From Octopus sinensis (lineage: Eukaryota): DNA of 64,000 bases. The notes below the pieces were generated by a model. It had not been told where the DNA came from, did no database searches, and was given only the letters and a program-made list of their open reading frames with translations. Numbering within the stretch: position 1 is the first letter of the stretch; the number at the start of each line of letters is the position of its first letter. The position numbers and the translations under genes are program-made. The stretch is from assembly GCF_006345805.1 (NCBI RefSeq), contig NC_043026.1, positions 5,208,001 through 5,272,000 of the forward strand, in the 5' to 3' direction. Positions 63,077 through 64,000 of the stretch are shown here, one piece after another.

Positions 63077-63386
63077 CGAATTTAAGTTTATTTAATTTAT
63101 ATTAAATTTTTTTATGTATTGGATTAAGTCTTTCTTTGTTTGATTTGCAAAATAGTGGTTTTGTCTCTAATTAATATTATATATATATATAGTAAGCCAT
63201 TACCAATTTTTCTGGAGGTGAAGAGTTTTCTTTTTCTAATTTTATTTTATTGTTACCACTAGAAATTTTGAATCAATTATAGATTAATTATGGATTCTAC
63301 GATTCTATGTTTCTGAGATGAAGAATTTGTATTATGTATATTGCTTATGTTAGACAGTCAGGTGTCCTCATCTTGATTATTGCTTT

Positions 63387-63428
63387 CACTATGTTTTGGC
63401 TGTTGTATACTCCAGCCTTCTTCAGATG
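63387..63428 (-). ncRNA. Degenerate minimal hammerhead (G12 to A)
   Basis: Minus strand: cat-CTGAAGA-a ggctg gagtatacaa cagcc-AAA-ACAT-A-gtg. Confidence 0.5.
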
Positions 63429-63499
63429 TCTTCTGTTGAACTTGGTTATTGTATCAGAATCTGGAACCTATTATAGGTTCAAAATTCCAAACAACCAAC

Positions 63500-63608
63500 T
63501 CTCGCTCTCTTCCTCTCTCTCTCTCTTCCTCTCTCTCTCTCTTCCTCTCTCTCTCTTCTCTCTCTCTCTCCTCTTCCTCTCTCTCTCTCTTCCTCTCTCT
63601 CTCTCTTC

Positions 63609-63639
<31 letters not shown>

Positions 63640-63725
63640 TCCTCTCTCTCTCTCTTCCTCTCTCTCTCTTCCTCTCCTCTCTCTCTCTCTCCTCCTCTCT
63701 CTCTCTTCCTCTCTCTCTCTCTCTT
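63500..63725. repeat. Compound (CT)n/CTCTTC polypyrimidine tract
   Basis: Read directly. Confidence 0.95.
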
Positions 63726-63789
63726 TCACGGTTGGGTAATCATTACACCCTCTGCAGCAAGACATCTGTTTATGTCTCTTTATCACATT

Positions 63790-63950
63790 CTAATCTTTCG
63801 GAGTGGTTGGCATTAGGAAGGGCATCCAGCTGTAGAAACTCTGCCAGATCAGATTGGAGCCTGGTGCAGCTATCTGGTTCGCCAGTCCTCAGTCAAATCA
63901 TCCAACCCATGCTGGCATGGAAAGCAGATGTTAAACGATGATGATGATGA
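63790..63950 (+). mobile_element. RTE-tailed SINE-like 3' fragment
   Basis: gagtggttggcattaggaagggcatccagctgtagaaac...ccatgctggcatggaaagcagatgttaaacgatgatg. Confidence 0.85.
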
Positions 63951-64000
63951 TATAGTTAGTTAGGGTAAATCCCAGCTGTTTCCCCTTGATACATGGAAAA

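Larger units (their letters stand above)
60736..63190. repeat. Segmental tandem duplication unit 3 (partial)
   Basis: Colinear with 51334-53880; similarity ends in the (TA)n at about 63190. Confidence 0.9.

Overview
Repeat-saturated eukaryotic DNA with no host gene that I can support. The SINE/LINE repertoire and (TA)n density suggest an octopus genome, but that is an inference. Contents: mariner and Tc1 remnants; RTE/BovB-type LINE fragments; a near full-length CR1-group LINE whose ORF1 combines a Myb/trihelix-like domain with a CCCH finger, preceded by a minisatellite; three Tx1-clade (L1-like) elements stacked in one (GATA)n tract; tRNA-derived SINEs whose tails match the local LINE 3' ends; and a roughly 9.4-kb tandem segmental duplication (about 2.3 copies, 41.9-63.2 kb). 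The main unexplained signal is a set of small non-coding insertions in or beside (TA)n tracts, each carrying a type I hammerhead ribozyme motif (stem I-CTGANGA-stem II-GAAA-stem III-UH-stem I). I read 12 complete or degenerate motifs plus one half motif, in about eight sequence-unrelated families. Two insertions are tandem monomer arrays (493 bp and 567 bp) capped by an inverted fragment, the architecture of Penelope-like pLTRs and metazoan retrozymes. Two families are absent from the paralogous site in the first duplication unit, which fits insertion after the duplication. All folds were read by eye and none was computed.
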